A stretch of 64,000 nucleotides of DNA from Octopus sinensis (GCF_006345805.1 NC_043000.1:145390001-145454000), one strand, 5' to 3'; numbered from the stretch's first letter, positions 27,290 through 42,724 are shown. Translations and numbers: made by a program. Notes: generated from the letters alone by a model not told the origin.

Positions 27290-27690
27290 GGCGCAGGAGT
27301 GGCTGTGTGGTAAGTAGCTTGTTTACCAACCACACGGTTCCGGGTTCAGTCCCACTGCGTGGCATCTTGGGCAAGTGTCTTCTACTATAGCCTCGGGCCG
27401 ACCAAATCTTTGTGAGTGGATTTGGTACACGGAAACTGAAAGAAGCCCGTCGTATATATGTATATATATGTATGTGCGTGTATGTTTGTGTGTTTGTCCC
27501 CCTAGCATTGCTTGACAACCGTTGCTGGTGTGTTTATGTCCTCGTCACCTAGTGGTTCGGCAAAAGAGACCGATAGAATAAGTACTGGGCTTACAAAGAA
27601 TAAGTCGCGGGGTCGAGTTGCTCGATTAAAGGCGGTGCTCCAGCATGGCCGCAGTCAAAATGACTGAAACAAGTACAAAAAAGAAAAAAT
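27290..27690 (+). mobile_element. SINE family A, near full length
   Basis: Same layout as the copy above in forward orientation; resembles published octopus tRNA-derived SINEs, exact family name not verified. Confidence 0.92.
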
Positions 27691-28749
27691 TGTTCGAGTT
27701 TTGTCGTATTAAAGATATTTTCATATTTCTTTATGAGTATTTCCAGCACAGTTTGGAGCGTTAGCCTTCCCAAATGAAGCATTATCATAATCTTTCGAAA
27801 ATATCTGTCCCATTTTCAGAATTAAATTATTGTAGAATGGCGTGTGTTCGAACGTTTGGCATTAAATTACGGACCCATGGGAATATTGTAGATTTTGTTT
27901 TTCTTCGACGACGAATTTCAGAAATAATATGTCAACAGATATATATATATGTAACACAAGATACATAAAAAAGTAATAATAGTTAACAACACTACAATTC
28001 TACAAATAGTTTCACAAAAATTACAAAATTATTTGTGGAAGATTTGCTACTAGAAAAGTATTAAAGAAAAACGAAAAAAAAAAATATCAGCATAATGATA
28101 GAACGCTTATGAAATTAACTTGAAAAAGTAGAAAAAATTTAACTGCGGCGTTGGAAACAGAAAATTCTAGACTCAGCATAAATAACTAATAAAGAAATAT
28201 GTAAACACCTTAATAAAAAAAGATCCATCCAATATCGTCTATTTTTTAATAGATATACACGCATACACACATGTGCGCGTGTATGTATGTATGTTTGTAT
28301 GTATGTATATATTTATGTGTGTATGTATTTATGTATGTTTGTATGTATACGTCCATCTATTTATACAAGGATACATGCACACAACCCGTAGGAAATTAAC
28401 AAGTGAAAAATATCAAGTTTTGTTTTTTTTGTTTTTAATTAAATATTCGACCAATCGTTGATATTAAATTAAAAAGATGTTGGGTTTTTTAAATCTACTT
28501 ATTTTCCAAACTGCAATAAACACTATCCTTTCAAAATTGTGCTGTTACCTTACAATTTTTGTACTCTTAACTATCAAATCGATGATAATTTTGAAGCTGT
28601 CTTACCACTTGTTTTTTGTGCAACACTAAATCTTTGCTGTGAGTGCAGAACTATCTCATTTATATGAGATACTACATATATATTAAAGGATGCAAATAGA
28701 TTTTTACAGCTGTTTCAAAAACTTGGTGAATGTTTGATATTTTAATATA

Positions 28750-28980
28750 TATTTCTTTACTACCCACAAGGGGCTAAACACAGAGGGGACAAACAAGGAC
28801 AGTCAAACGGATTAAGTCGATTACATCTACCCCAGTGCGTAACTGGTACTTAATTTATCGACCCGGAAAGGATGAAAGTCAAAGTCGACCTCAGCGGAAT
28901 TTGAACTCAGAACGTAACGGCGGACGAAATACGGCTATGCATTTCGCCCGACGTGCTAACGTTTCTGCCAGCTCGCCGCC
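28750..28980 (-). mobile_element. SINE family B (Nin-like central domain) with Tx1-type 3' tail
   Basis: Head GGCGGCGAGCTGGCAGAAACGTTAGCACG; B box GAGTTCAAATTCC; GTCGACTTTGACTTTCATCCTTTCCGGGTCGATAAATTAAGTACCAG body; tail matches the Tx1 3' UTR. Confidence 0.9.
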
Positions 28981-29269
28981 ATAAATATATGTTATGCTAA
29001 TAGATGTACTAAATGCGGCAATATTACAAAAATTCTTCTAAGCAAAAATATTATCAACTTGCATGAAGCTTGAGATGTAAACATCTTCATGTGAAAAACA
29101 CCGAACCTTTCTTCAGAAAGATAATGCACAAGTGTTGTGGCAGGAGAAATACGATACATATTGACATCAAGTAAATAGAAGAAGAGTGGGATGATGACGA
29201 ACGGACAATTACACGGGTAGGAGTTGAGGAAAATATTTTTTAAAAATTGCTTAATAGTTACACGACTCT

Positions 29270-29380
29270 GGGTTCAGTCCCACTGCGTGGAACCTTGGGC
29301 AAGGGTCTTCTACTATAGATTCGAGCCGACCAAAGCCCTGTCAGTGGATTTGGTAGACGGAAACTGAAAGAAGCCCGTCT

Positions 29381-29422
<42 letters not shown>

Positions 29423-29680
29423 TATACATACGTATATATGTGTGTGCGTGTGTGTGTGTATGCGCGTGTGTGTGTATATGTCTGTGTATATGTGTTTGTC
29501 CCCCACCATCGCTTGACAACTGATGCTAGTGTATTTACATCCCCGTAACTTAGTGGGTCGGCAAGAGAGAAGGATAGAATTTAGTACTAGACTTACAAAG
29601 AATAGGTCATGGGATTGGTTTGTTCAACTAAAAACATGGCCGCAATGAAATGACGAGAAAAAATATATGAGTAAAAGAGT
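29270..29680 (+). mobile_element. SINE family A, 5'-truncated
   Basis: Begins at the B box; body and tail match 27290-27690. Confidence 0.85.
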
Positions 29681-31180
29681 AAGTAACTGTGTTTCGATGT
29701 GCCATGAGAGGTAAAGTATAAGACAGAGATAAAAGGAAGGAGCAAATGGAAAGGAAAAGGAAAAGAAAATGAGAACGGATAAATCTCAGGGCCATGCAGT
29801 AACTAGGCAATGAGAAAGAGGGACTGTAGAGAGCAGCTCAAAGGTAAGATATTATATAATAAAAAAACAAGGGGATGACATAGAATTAAAGGAAATCCAC
29901 GCTTCATAAAGAAGCCCTGTAACATGCTAGCGACCACGTTTTTGAAACTATCCTACCATTTTACCTTCATATTTGACTGATTTCAGCAGATAGTCGTTCC
30001 AGTTTTCTGATATCCCGTCAGTACGAAGTCCACAATACAAAACTGTAGAGTAAATTGGAAGGGATTATGACTGGATACAACATGATTTAGATTTTGCTTC
30101 CTCAAATCCTGCCTTTGGCAACTTTCATGGAGTTATATCTTGTGGAAAATATGCTTCCGAAATATGAGTATTGTTTAACTTCTTCCAGTGGCGTGTTGTT
30201 GGTGGTAATATTGAAATTTGAAAGGACTGAATTTGGAGCGAGTGGCGCAAGTATTTTTAAATTTGGATATACATATGTCTATATGAGTGTGTGCAGATGT
30301 GGATGATTGAGAGCATCTGAACGTGTATATAGAGGGGGAAAGAAAGAGTGATGCAAAGAGAGTGGTAGAAAAATAGAGGGGATAGATAATTGTGTACTTG
30401 TAGTTGCTCAACTTTACAGCATACCCTAATAAACGTTTTACAAACTACTTGGATATTTTGTGAAAATATAAACATAACATATGTACGACAATGAAGTGCA
30501 GTCGAAATTTCCCAGTGCCTGAGGATGGGGTTCGGGAAAGCAGAATCTGAACTAGACTTTAATTTTAAAATTATATTGACACGCATGCACATACACTCAC
30601 ACATACAATCATGTACACAAACATATACGTATATGCATACATATATACACGCACATATGTATATATATATATATATATATATAGTTACATTTATCAGTTA
30701 TAATAAATTGGTACCTTATTAAGAACTGTAGAATGTTTTAAATGAAATGTTGTTTTTCTCGTGACGTAATTATGTGCATTTAGGTATCTAAAAATGAATA
30801 TATATATATATACATATACACATGTATATATTTATATTTAAACTACCTACCAAAAATGTGGTTCAAGGGTGTCTGTTCTAAATATTGACAATCATTCGTA
30901 TTCCTATGTACATACGCACAAAATTACGCTTGTCAATAACGTTTATTTCAAATACTAAATATGTAACACATAATGATGTACAAAGAAATATATGGATATG
31001 TATATGTATGTATATATATATAATATATATATATTATATATATATATATAGATATGTATATATTATATATATTATATATATATATATATATTATATATAT
31101 ATATATATAAATATATACATACATACATATATAAATACAAACATGCAGACACACACATACACATGCACAAACACGTATAC

Positions 31181-31265
<85 letters not shown>

Positions 31266-31501
31266 GTTGTGTGTGTGTGTGTTTATATATACATATATAC
31301 ATATATATATAAACATATTTGTTGAAAGCGTATGCACATACGTGTATGCTTACGTCCGAAGCCGTTCGCATAAATATATGAGCACACGTTAATATTTCTG
31401 TTTTATGTACACATTCACCACACACATATAACAAATAAAGGAAGCCATTTTATAGCATACAATATATAAGAATATACAATACACAATATATATATGAATA
31501 T

Positions 31502-31543
<42 letters not shown>

Positions 31544-31589
31544 ATATATATATATATATATAATATATATATATATATACATATATATG

Positions 31590-31623
<34 letters not shown>

Positions 31624-32523
31624 AATATATATATATACCCACACACACATTATTACTGCATATACATATACACATTTCCCCCTTGTCTCCCTCTCTTTAC
31701 GTGCACTTACGTATATGTATATCTGTACAAGTGTGTGTGTGTGTGTGTTTGTGTGTGTGTCTGAAATATTCTGGTTAATTCATCACCATAATTTTATCAA
31801 TATATATTTCTACAATTTCTTCTTTTAGCGCTCCTCGTTAAAATGAGCAATTTTTCTATACATAAAAATAAAGCATTTAGCGCTGTGAAAAAAGACGGAA
31901 AAAAAAGTTAAAATATAGATCAACAAGAAATCGCTTCAATGTTCAGACCGAAAGAATACACTTACACTAGCACACAGACACACACAGGCACATGTAGTCC
32001 GTTTTTGTGCATATGTTTCTGTATAAAAATGTGTGTCCTTAAACATTATATGCATATACGTATCACTAGTACTTACACAGCCAACACAGGCTTACACTTA
32101 CACACTCACACACTCACATAGATTCATATATCTATATAGATCCACATATAATTCGTCATTAAAGTAAAACGACGAATATAAAAACAGATCATGCAAAAGT
32201 CTCAATAAAATATAAAAGTTATTAGAGTGAGTGGCTTGATTGTTATATTTTATTTTGTTCCATTACACATAACATTTTAGTTTATTCATAATGTTCATTA
32301 GTGAGCGAATGGTTTCACACCGTTGTAGCACCAGACAAACTGATAAAATGACAGTTATGTAGTAGATATTCACAATTATATGTAGAAGTGTTGAAAATTT
32401 GTAAGCTTACATGCGCACAGAAATACACAAACAAGTACATATGTGTTAGTGTATACAAATACATGCATATATGAGTGCCTGTGCGTATGTGTGTGAAAGT
32501 CCATGTGTCAAAGTTGCCTGTAC

Positions 32524-32554
<31 letters not shown>

Positions 32555-32787
32555 GTATGTGTGTATGTCTATTTACAGACATATATATAACAATATATTT
32601 TCTATTTAGCTATGTATGTGATTATTTGCATAGACGTGTTTATATGTTTTAAACCCTCCTGTATGCATACCTATGTGCTCATATTTCTGTATGTATGTAA
32701 TCATAGATTCTATGAGAATATGCATGCGTGTGCTTGTGTGTCACTTGTGCATGCGTGTATACGTATAGTGTATTCATGTATATATAC

Positions 32788-32852
<65 letters not shown>

Positions 32853-32930
32853 CATACATATATATATATAACATACATATATATATATACATATACATAT
32901 ATATATATACATATACATACATTATATATA

Positions 32931-32966
<36 letters not shown>

Positions 32967-33000
32967 ATATATATATTATAATATATATAATATATATATA

Positions 33001-33047
<47 letters not shown>

Positions 33048-33568
33048 GTATATACATATATATATAACATACCCTCTTTTTCCCTACCTGTACTTCCACA
33101 ACTTTCACTACTCCTCTAAATTGCCTTTCTCCTTTCTCTCTCCCTCTATTTTTCCCTCTCGCTTCTCCAACCCATTTCATTTAACCTCCATCGTTTCTTC
33201 ACTTGATTTAGTGCCTAGACCGGACGAGTTTTTCCCTCCCCTTGACTGGCTTTCAGTTTATGTATTACCTTTCCACTTTTCCCTATATCTTTTCATTCCT
33301 TTTGTGTTTCTTCCATCTAACGTTCTACCTTTTCCTTGAGTCCTCAAGGACATGGTTGTTAGCGTTGCTATTGCTTCTGTCATAACTCAGATATATATAA
33401 TATCATACCCATTATTTGTTTGTTTTAGTTACCGTCTATGTCATTCGTTTTGTTTTTGCTTTGTTTTGTTCTTTTATTTATTTCAGCATTCAGTAAACAA
33501 ACTTTATTTTCTGTATCGATCTCATTCTGCCCTTCATGTTTGCAATCATATCCCAGCAATCATATAAA

Positions 33569-33770
33569 GGCGGCGAGCTGACAGAATCGTTAGCACGCCA
33601 GGCGGAATGCTTAGCGGTATTTCGCCTGTCTTTTACGTTCTGAGTTCAAATTCCACCGATGTCAACTTTGCCTTTCTTCCTTTCGGAGTCCATAAATTAA
33701 GAACCAGTTGCGTACTGGACTCGATATAATCGACTGCCCCCTCCCCCAAAATTTCTGCCATGTGCCTAGA
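33569..33770 (+). mobile_element. SINE family B with alternative 3' tail
   Basis: Head and body as in 28750-28980; tail CCCCTCCCCCAAAATTTCTGCCATGTGCCTAG. Confidence 0.85.
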
Positions 33771-33962
33771 ATCATATCAAACAGCTTTTTTGATGTTGAT
33801 ACCACCAATATAAACGGATAACTGATGACTGATGAGCTTGGCCACGTCGCTTGTGTTTGTTTTCAATGAGTTCCTTTGTCGCATTTCAATGCAATGGATT
33901 GTTAGCCCCTACACGCAATTTTTTTCTCTCCTTGTTTCTCTCCTTGTTTCTTTTCTGTGTAA

Positions 33963-33998
33963 CTTTCCGTCGAAGAGCGTAGGCCCGAAACGTAAAAG
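33963..33998 (+). ncRNA. Degenerate minimal hammerhead in a Penelope-like fragment (about 33840-34095) ending in (TA)n
   Basis: CUUU-CCGUCGA-A-GAGC GUAG GCCC-GAAA-C-GUA-AAAG; stem I CUUU/AAAG; ACGU palindrome; two core substitutions. Confidence 0.55.
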
Positions 33999-34113
33999 AA
34001 TTGTTCTATTTCTATTCCTGAGCGCCATACTAATACATTGTTTCTTTGTACTCCACCTGCCTTCGTCTTTTGTTTATTTTCGTAACCTTCCCGTTATATA
34101 TATATATATATAG

Positions 34114-34181
<68 letters not shown>

Positions 34182-34215
34182 GTGTATGTATGTATGTATG
34201 TATATATATATATAG

Positions 34216-34286
<71 letters not shown>

Positions 34287-34557
34287 ATGTATGTATGTAT
34301 CAAATATTAAATTAAACTGAAAGAGCTACTAATAATGTCATGCTATTATGATACTTGAAACGAATGCAGACCTGTTATTTCCATATTATTTCCATGCGAT
34401 TACAGGCTCTTGGCAATCCTCTGCTTATTCTATTATCTATTTCAACATTCTGAGTGATATACGAACATTTTTCAGTAATATGTATACTTGGCATTATACA
34501 ATACAACTGTATACCCACATAAATATGTACAATGGGAAAAATTAATAACCAGCTAGC

Positions 34558-34586
34558 TAGATAAATAGATAGATAGATAGATAGAT

Positions 34587-34656
<70 letters not shown>

Positions 34657-34686
34657 GAGATTTAGATAGATAGCTAGTTAGATAGA
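34558..34686. repeat. (GATA)n microsatellite
   Basis: Direct reading. Confidence 0.9.
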
Positions 34687-34694
34687 TACTTACA

Positions 34695-34766
<72 letters not shown>

Positions 34767-34769
34767 ACA

Positions 34770-35040
34770 CCTGATTATCATTCATTCCGCAGTGTACAAA
34801 ATCATTTGGAAAGGAAAAATATGAATACAATAGACGAGGTCAGAAAAGTACTGGAGAAGTATTTTTCATCACTGACAAGTGAATTTTGGAAGAGAGGCCT
34901 TGCAAGTCTACCAGACAGCTGGAAGAGCATAGTAGAAAATGCAGGAGAGTATATTTTAGATTAAAAAAAACTTTGTGTATCTTAATTTTGAAAAAGTAAA
35001 GCAGTATAAAACATCGCAGTATGTATGGGATGACGGAATA
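34770..35040 (+). mobile_element. mariner transposon 3' fragment
   Basis: Frame 34770-34964: PDYHSFRSVQNHLERK..EFWKRGLASLPDSWKSIVENAGEYILD*; followed by a TIR-like ATGGGATGACGGAATA and TA. Confidence 0.85.
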
Positions 35041-35050
35041 TATATGGATG

Positions 35051-35125
<75 letters not shown>

Positions 35126-37374
35126 GTAGACACAGAGAGCGAGAAAGAGATAGAAAAGGAGATCTATAGATTTAGATATAGATATATACAGAAATATGTC
35201 TATATATTGATAGATAAATATATACATGTGTGAATACTCACATAGACATTCATACACACATGCTATACATGAATATATATATTTATGTATGTGTGTGTGT
35301 GATAATGATAAGTGTATGCACTTGTGTATATTTATAATGTAATATAACTTAACAAACATACATACATAATTGCATTTATATCCGGTCAGTTCGTACATCA
35401 CACTAGAGTACTTGAAATGAATTGAGCAAAATTACCATTAATTTTCACACGCACGATTATAAAATATGCACAGATGCACTTATATATGTATATGTGTGTA
35501 TATGTGCATATGTATGTGTGTGTACATACACACTTACACATACTCATGCACACACCTATTTATACACACCACGTCAAACGATTGGTTGACTCTTGTGATT
35601 TTAGCCTTCGCAAGTATCATTTCTCAGGTTCGAATTATTTCTGTTGCATGACACGCAATTCTATTCAATTTAACCTTGGGTACTCTCTAGAAATCAAATT
35701 GGATATATACAAAATGTGAAATAGGGCATTGTTTCGGCCATGCGATGTTCATCAGTGGTGCTCATATCTATAGAATACTTAATCACTCTGCAGGCCAAAT
35801 GAATGCGTACATGGTTCAATCGATCGAAGAAATTGCTTTTCAGACATCGATATTGACAAGAGAATCAATCGTCACTAACATATATATTACCTTTCACGAT
35901 TATAGTGGACATAAATCTTTGATGATTTATTGATTTTACCAGTGAGTGGTTTTCAACGTAAAGTGAGAGCTGGGGAGAAAATTAAAATAGGAGATCCTAG
36001 ATCAGTGCACCTGCTGAGCCTGATGAGGGGCAATAAATATAGAACGATATAGACAAATCCATTCAGATAGAAAAAAATCATTAAGACACAGGAGAAGTGG
36101 AGGAAGTAAAGGACAGAGCAGTTATGGGACGAGTTATACTTTAATTTTAGAATATGAATGATTTTATTTTGAAAATTATTATCCATTTTGTCAATTTGTA
36201 TAAGAAGAAATTATATGATGTTTAGTACTTGGCTTTTTTATGCCGAACTAGACAATATATGACAGGATATCGCCCCTAGCTTGTGCTTGCTTGTAGACAC
36301 ATACGCACAAGCAAGTATTGGGAAAACGTCAGAGCTTTTGGAAAAAAATTCATTACGTTGTTTCAGCTTTTTACGTACAGGCTTCAAATCAAGAAGATTT
36401 CAAGTATGACATACATACTTTTGGGTTCGACAAAATAAGTGGAAACCAAGTACTGTGTTTGGTGACATCGACTATTATTTTCTCTCACATTTGTGGTTCT
36501 ATGCGTAAATGAGAGACCATAAATTAAAATGGTGGTGAGCTTGAGAGTTACTAAATCATTGGAAAATGCTTAGCGGTATATCTTCACGTTCTAGGTTAAA
36601 TTCTAGTTAAGATCAAGTTGAGGTTCCTTCTTCCATGCCCCAAAAATTAAGTGTTAGTCAGAAGGTACGCGATCTATATCAGAAACAGTCTTTAAAAGCA
36701 GTTCTAAAGACTAGGAATGATAAAAACAAAACCATTTCTAAATACTACCAATCATAACAACAACAATAAAGCCAACATGATATAAAGAAGAAAATCATGG
36801 TACGAACAAAATAACAGTAACAATTATAGAAGAAAGAACATCAACAATGACAGTAACAACAGAAACATGGTAGTTACGGAAGATAGTGGGATCAACGGAA
36901 ATAATAATGGCAGAGACAGTAACTTCGCAAAGTACCAACAATTTATTTTCATTACATCTGTCCGTGTATTATATTTACTCGGGTACGTGACACTCATTTC
37001 TTCCCCACCGGCATAAGTGAAGTTGTGAAACTGAATCACAAATGTCGGAACGTTGGCTATTAAACCGGCAACCCCACAGAGTTTGCTCCATGACTAGGGT
37101 GTTTTGGGGCTTTTTTTTGCTATTTAGTCTCTCTGCAGGATGAAAACAAGTCTTCTGTCTGAGAACAGATGCACACTTTGGAATCAACGATCATCCAAAT
37201 GGCATGTCTTCGTTAGTTGTGCTGCTGAGGACTGCAGTGATAATGATAATGTGATGAACTGATGAACTATATTTATATATATATATGTATATATGTGTGT
37301 GTGTGTGTGGTGTGTGTGTATGTGTGTATGTATATATATATATATACATACATACATACATATATATATATATT

Positions 37375-37790
37375 ACTGCGTTATTCTCCTAGTCCTGTCT
37401 TTTACTGTTTTTATTTGTATTGATTTTACTGTCTTGTTTTGTTTTTACTGTCCTGTTCTTGTTACCACTTTTACCCCTCCGCAAAAAATCCCCAATTTTA
37501 TATAATTTGCTTTGCGGGAAGGACTGTTTCAAAGAAGTCGCGTCTTGTCCTTACCTTCGAAAACGCGGAGTAGCCGAAACATGTCTTATATATCTTATAC
37601 TCTGTTTTTTCGTTGTTTGAAAAAAGTCCGTTTCCATGTTTTTGTTTTTATGTTTTCGTTTCTCATTCTGTTCAACGTTTTTTGGTGTCCTATACCCATA
37701 TATGCATGTATATATACATATAGATGTAGATATGTACATATATGTATGTATATATGCATATGTTTATATTCATTTTCTTCTTATTATTAT
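37375..37790 (+). mobile_element. Penelope-like non-coding fragment between (TA)n tracts
   Basis: About 37598-37765 resembles the reverse complement of about 45840-45960 and also 46120-46200; hammerhead relic GCCGAAACATGTC near 37572-37585. Confidence 0.55.
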
Positions 37791-39488
37791 TATATATATA
37801 CTGCGGAGCTCAGAGTACTAGGTTGGTGTCCAGTGCAGAATAGGTAACTAAAACTTTAAGGCTAGAGTAGCCCTTATGACATTTGAAGCAATTCCCTCCA
37901 GAGATGGTGTCTCGATAAAAATACTGGTGGCCGTGACAGCGTATCACTCCTTTTCCCGGCGTAAATGGGGACTGAATTTCAGGTGATGAACCCTCCTCCG
38001 GCAGGTGGCTTGTGGGTGATTAGCAGAAGCGCGGTCTTCATTATATTACTTATATCTTCATATCTGCAATTACTCATCGCATTCGTGAATCAAATAAACG
38101 CCATCACAGACGCGGCATGATGGTTCAAGAACGTTCATGCATGGGCAGGAAGCGTGGATTTGTGCCCGCGGTATTTGTTTTGGCGGGAAAAAAATCAAGT
38201 CCGATATTTTTCAATGCACAGCGTATGTGGCTGTCGTATGAGAAAGCATCTATGAACTGAATGAACGAATACGTCCGTTTATTTTGTTTTTACTAAAAGA
38301 ACAGAACGTGTACTGAGAAATTATACAAGTTTTTTTGTGAATAACAGCATCAGTTTTAACTTTTTTTTTAGTGTGTGTGGGGTGTGTGTGTATGAATGTG
38401 TGTCATTTTTTGTTTTCACAACATGTATGCAAATGTGTCATCATAATTTAAAAGAGCGTCTATGATAATCATGAATATGTATGCAGATACAATAACTGCA
38501 CCACCATGCCAATTGCAACAGGCAGCTTGTTCAATTAGCTCACTATGAATTGTAACGAAAATGACGTGATCTGTACGGGATACAATTTTCACGTGTGCGT
38601 TCAAGCTAGAGAAACAAACATGTTCTGTTCAGTTCATTAGTCGCTGGTTTTGTGATTTGGTTACGTGCTTCTATAATGTTCTGTGAACACAAATGAAGCC
38701 ATTTTCAGACAATGCGCACACCGACGACCACACACATGTACATCATTTTCGTAAATATTCGGTGAGGTAGTCACATCTAATTGTGAGACAGGGCGCCGTA
38801 AAGTTCCGCTACTTTTGCTGTTGCTCGTTGATGCATATATAATGCGATAATAAATATTCAGAGATATATATTGCATATAGATATGTAAACCTTATCTAGA
38901 AACAACATTTTTACACGAGTGACTAACTGCCATCTTATTGTTTTGTTTGTTGTAGTTGCTACATGCCGTTTCAAAAGTTGTTGTTGCTCATTATGAAATC
39001 CTTCTGGCTCATTTCGAAATCTTTCTCCGCGGGGCATCACCATTTAAAAACTAATAGGAAAGCATTTCTTCAGTGGATTTATGACATGTGATATTTGGTA
39101 TGCTTATTCAATTATTTATTTTTCACAGAATCCTCTAATACCTGTTACGTTAGATTTAACTATACAGCTAGGAATATATCTATATCCAACTAAAGGATTT
39201 GCACTAAATAATTGTTTTGCATTTATGCTATTGCAGTACAAGATTCAACGTGCTCAAATAATTGAGAAGAAATGGTGGAAAACAGTGAACTTTGAATAAT
39301 GATTAATGAATAATCTTGGATAATTAAAAATTGCTTTAATAATTTACTGTGTAGTAATAACGAGAGCAAAATTAAACATCGTCAACACCAGTAAAAGCAA
39401 GACAATAAAAATAATGATATATGAAATAAGTTTCGACCCGTTTTTAAGTCATAGATACGCAGATTGAAATTTACTACGGTATTCGACT

Positions 39489-39633
<145 letters not shown>

Positions 39634-39927
39634 CTTCTTTCTTCAAATTTTCTTCCGTTTCTCGCCGAGTTTTTTCCGTACACCTTGGGCAGAGAAGCTC
39701 ATTGTTTGCATTCCCAGATTACACACGCAAATTCACAGGTAAAATATGTATTTAAAAAATTAACAAATAAGTAAATTCATGAATGGATGTTGTTTTCACA
39801 GCGATAATGCTATTCTCAGTACATGATGCGTTCCATTTAACACAGTTTTTTGCACTTCCTGTAGGGATGGTAAGCCTGGTATTGTTATCGTTGTTGTTGC
39901 TGTGTTGTTGTTTTTGTTGTTGCCATT

Positions 39928-40120
39928 AAGACTAGCAGAATCGTTAGCATACTGGACGAAATGCTTAGTGGTATTTCGCACGTCGCTACACTCTGTGTTC
40001 AAAGTTCGCCGGTGCCAACTTTGCTTTTCATCCTTCGGGGGTCAATACCAGTTGCCTACTTGGGTCGATTTAATCGAGTGACCTCCTTCCCCACAATTTC
40101 AAGCCTTGTGTCTGTATGAG
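39928..40120 (+). mobile_element. SINE family B with (ATT)n tail
   Basis: Body match; tail CTCCTTCCCCACAATTTCAAGCCTTGTGTC then (ATT)n. Confidence 0.75.
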
Positions 40121-40122
40121 TA

Positions 40123-40174
<52 letters not shown>

Positions 40175-40444
40175 TATTATTATTATTTATTATTATTATT
40201 ATTATCATTATTATTATTATTATTATTTTCTTTAGCATTTTCTTTCAATTATGTTTCCATTTCTTGCCAAGTGCCTTCATGACACGTACTGTATACATCG
40301 GTACGCCATTAAAACAAACAAACCAGAATGTTCAATTACGTTCATGTGATAGAGAAAAAGGGGTAGACAGAGAAGAGAAAGAAAATAATAGAAAATAGGA
40401 ATGTAAAAAAATAAAGGCGGAAAAAGGAAACAAAATTCAAAGCG

Positions 40445-41070
40445 ACAATGCTCTTCTCATTATGTGTGACTTACCAGTCAAGAGAATCTTTTGCAGTTTC
40501 TGCATGGATGGTAGGTCAGGGTTCATTCTTAAATAATTTTCAGTCCCTTTTTCATCATTCCAAGTGTTCCTACAATCACTGGTATTGTAACCATCTTGAC
40601 ATGCCACATCTTTTCGATTTCAATTACCAAACCTTTATAATTTCTGAGCTCATCAAATTCTTTTGCCGAGATATTATAGTCACAGGATATGCTCATGTCA
40701 ACCGATATACATACCTTATCGGTTTTGTCTTTCACAACATTATCTGGTTTATTTGCCTTGATTGGGAAGTCCCTAAGAATAACTACATTTTCTCAATCAG
40801 ATATAGTCTCAGGATTGTGCTTGTACAATTCCTCACCAATTGTGATTTTATAATACAGGCACATTAGGCAATGTAGATATTGGCTAACTCTGTCATGTCC
40901 TAATTTGTACTTTACAAGTGCTAAAACCTTACATGCAGTAATTAGGTAGTCGACTGTTTCTATCCCATCGTTGCAGCATCAGCATTTTGGGTCTACAGCA
41001 TTTCTAATCACATTGGTTTGATAGTTCCCCGTCAATAACCTTTGGTCTTTGGCAGCCAAGAAAAAAAAAC
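40445..41070 (-). mobile_element. R4/Dong-like non-LTR retrotransposon 3' fragment (restriction-like endonuclease)
   Basis: NKPDNVVKDK..VDMSISCDYNISAKE..YKGLVIEIEKMW..IPVIVGTLG and terminal QKILLTG.SHIMRRALSL*. Confidence 0.8.
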
Positions 41071-41136
41071 CTTGATTCTCTGCTTTTAGGTCTTTATTAT
41101 TATTATTATTGTTGTTGTTGTTGTTGTGGCTACTAT

Positions 41137-41235
<99 letters not shown>

Positions 41236-41239
41236 TTGT

Positions 41240-41365
41240 AATGCATGTGCCTGGCGTACCCTTATAAGACGGGTAGTCATGATGGGTATACTGGGCTTCA
41301 TATATTTTACCCCAGTTTCATTTTGATGTCATGCGCTGCTCTCTCACTCAATAATAATAATAATA
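41240..41365 (+). mobile_element. 3' tail of another SINE/LINE-related repeat ending in (AAT)n; a second diverged copy lies at about 41600-41715
   Basis: GTGCCTGGCGTACCCTT..GGGTAGTCATGATGGGTATACTGGGCTTC..CTCTCACTCAATAATAAT occurs twice in diverged form. Confidence 0.6.
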
Positions 41366-41745
41366 GAACAGGCACAACTTATGGGAAATAAGAGTTCTGC
41401 TGTCTTGGTTAACAATCGTTCTAGACATCGTGTCTTCATAAACATAAACTTAAAACAGAAACCGCATTGTTGAGTGAAAATGTTCCAGTAGGATAGGTTG
41501 CTCGACCTAAAGAAAATTCTAACTGGGTTCCACCGACAAGATCATGTTCTGTTTATCTTGATATGAGATCACCATATGATATGAGATCACCACGCGCTCA
41601 CATGCTTGTGATGCATGTGCTTGGTGTACCTGTACCAGGTGGGTAGTAATGATATGTATACTAGGTTACGTATATTTCACCTCACTGTCATTTCCATGGC
41701 ATGCACAGGTTTTTCATTCAAGTGGAAGAAGAGCAGGAATAATTA

Positions 41746-41904
41746 GAAGAAGAAGAAGAAGAAGAAGAAGAAGAAGAAGAAGAAGAAGAAGAAGAAGAAG
41801 AAGAAGAAGAAGAAGAAGAAGAAGAAGAAGAAGAAGAAGAAGAAGAAGAAGAAGAAGAAGAAGAAGAAGAAGAAGAAGAAGAAGAAGAAGAAGAAGAAGA
41901 AGAA
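41746..41904. repeat. (GAA)n microsatellite, about 53 perfect units
   Basis: Direct reading. Confidence 0.97.
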
Positions 41905-42724
41905 TCTCTTTCATTAGTAAGAAGGATTAACTACCATACGGAATATAAGAAACAAAAAGGTCGGGTTTTCTTCGATCAGGAAGGAAGTAACTCCCGGAAT
42001 ATGCAAACTACGTCTAAGGCAGAAATGAATATTACATGTTGCTACACAGATAATTAACGCTTGCACCACCAGGGTAATCAGCATGCCTGGGAATAAATAG
42101 AATTATGTGATAAATTAGGAGGAGCTACAACAGTCGATTCGGTTTGTAGAAATCGACATGTACAGTGTATCATAATATAGATCAATCATTAATGAATAGA
42201 TTCTGAAGAAAGATATTTCTCTGTGCAAATCAATGATTTTGCGAATCAAACTTCATGCAGCAACATGCAGCTGTAACAGGAATACCTATTTTCGTTGATT
42301 ATAAGAATTATAACTAAAAGGAAGTCAAGACATTCAGCCAATAGACTAATGATTATAAGGTCAATAGCAAAATATTCTCTGGGTGTAAACCTTTATCGAT
42401 CGAACTTTATAATATGCGACACAGATAACAACTTTGGAAAAATAATATAGAGCACTATATCTGGGACGACGTGACCATTATATGATCACCCAGCTTTCTA
42501 GATATATCAGCGAAATATTACTCAAATATTACATTTTTGAACAGAAAGAATTTTTATGTGAGTTATAACGTAACCTGCTCTCCGTTAAGTCTATAATTAT
42601 CATACAACAGCTGCATTTGATTATATAATCCTACGTCTGCAATGCTGAAATATGGTCTCTACTGGAAGAGATTTGATTTTAGATTCATTCATAGGGGATT
42701 TATTTCTACTTATATATATATATA

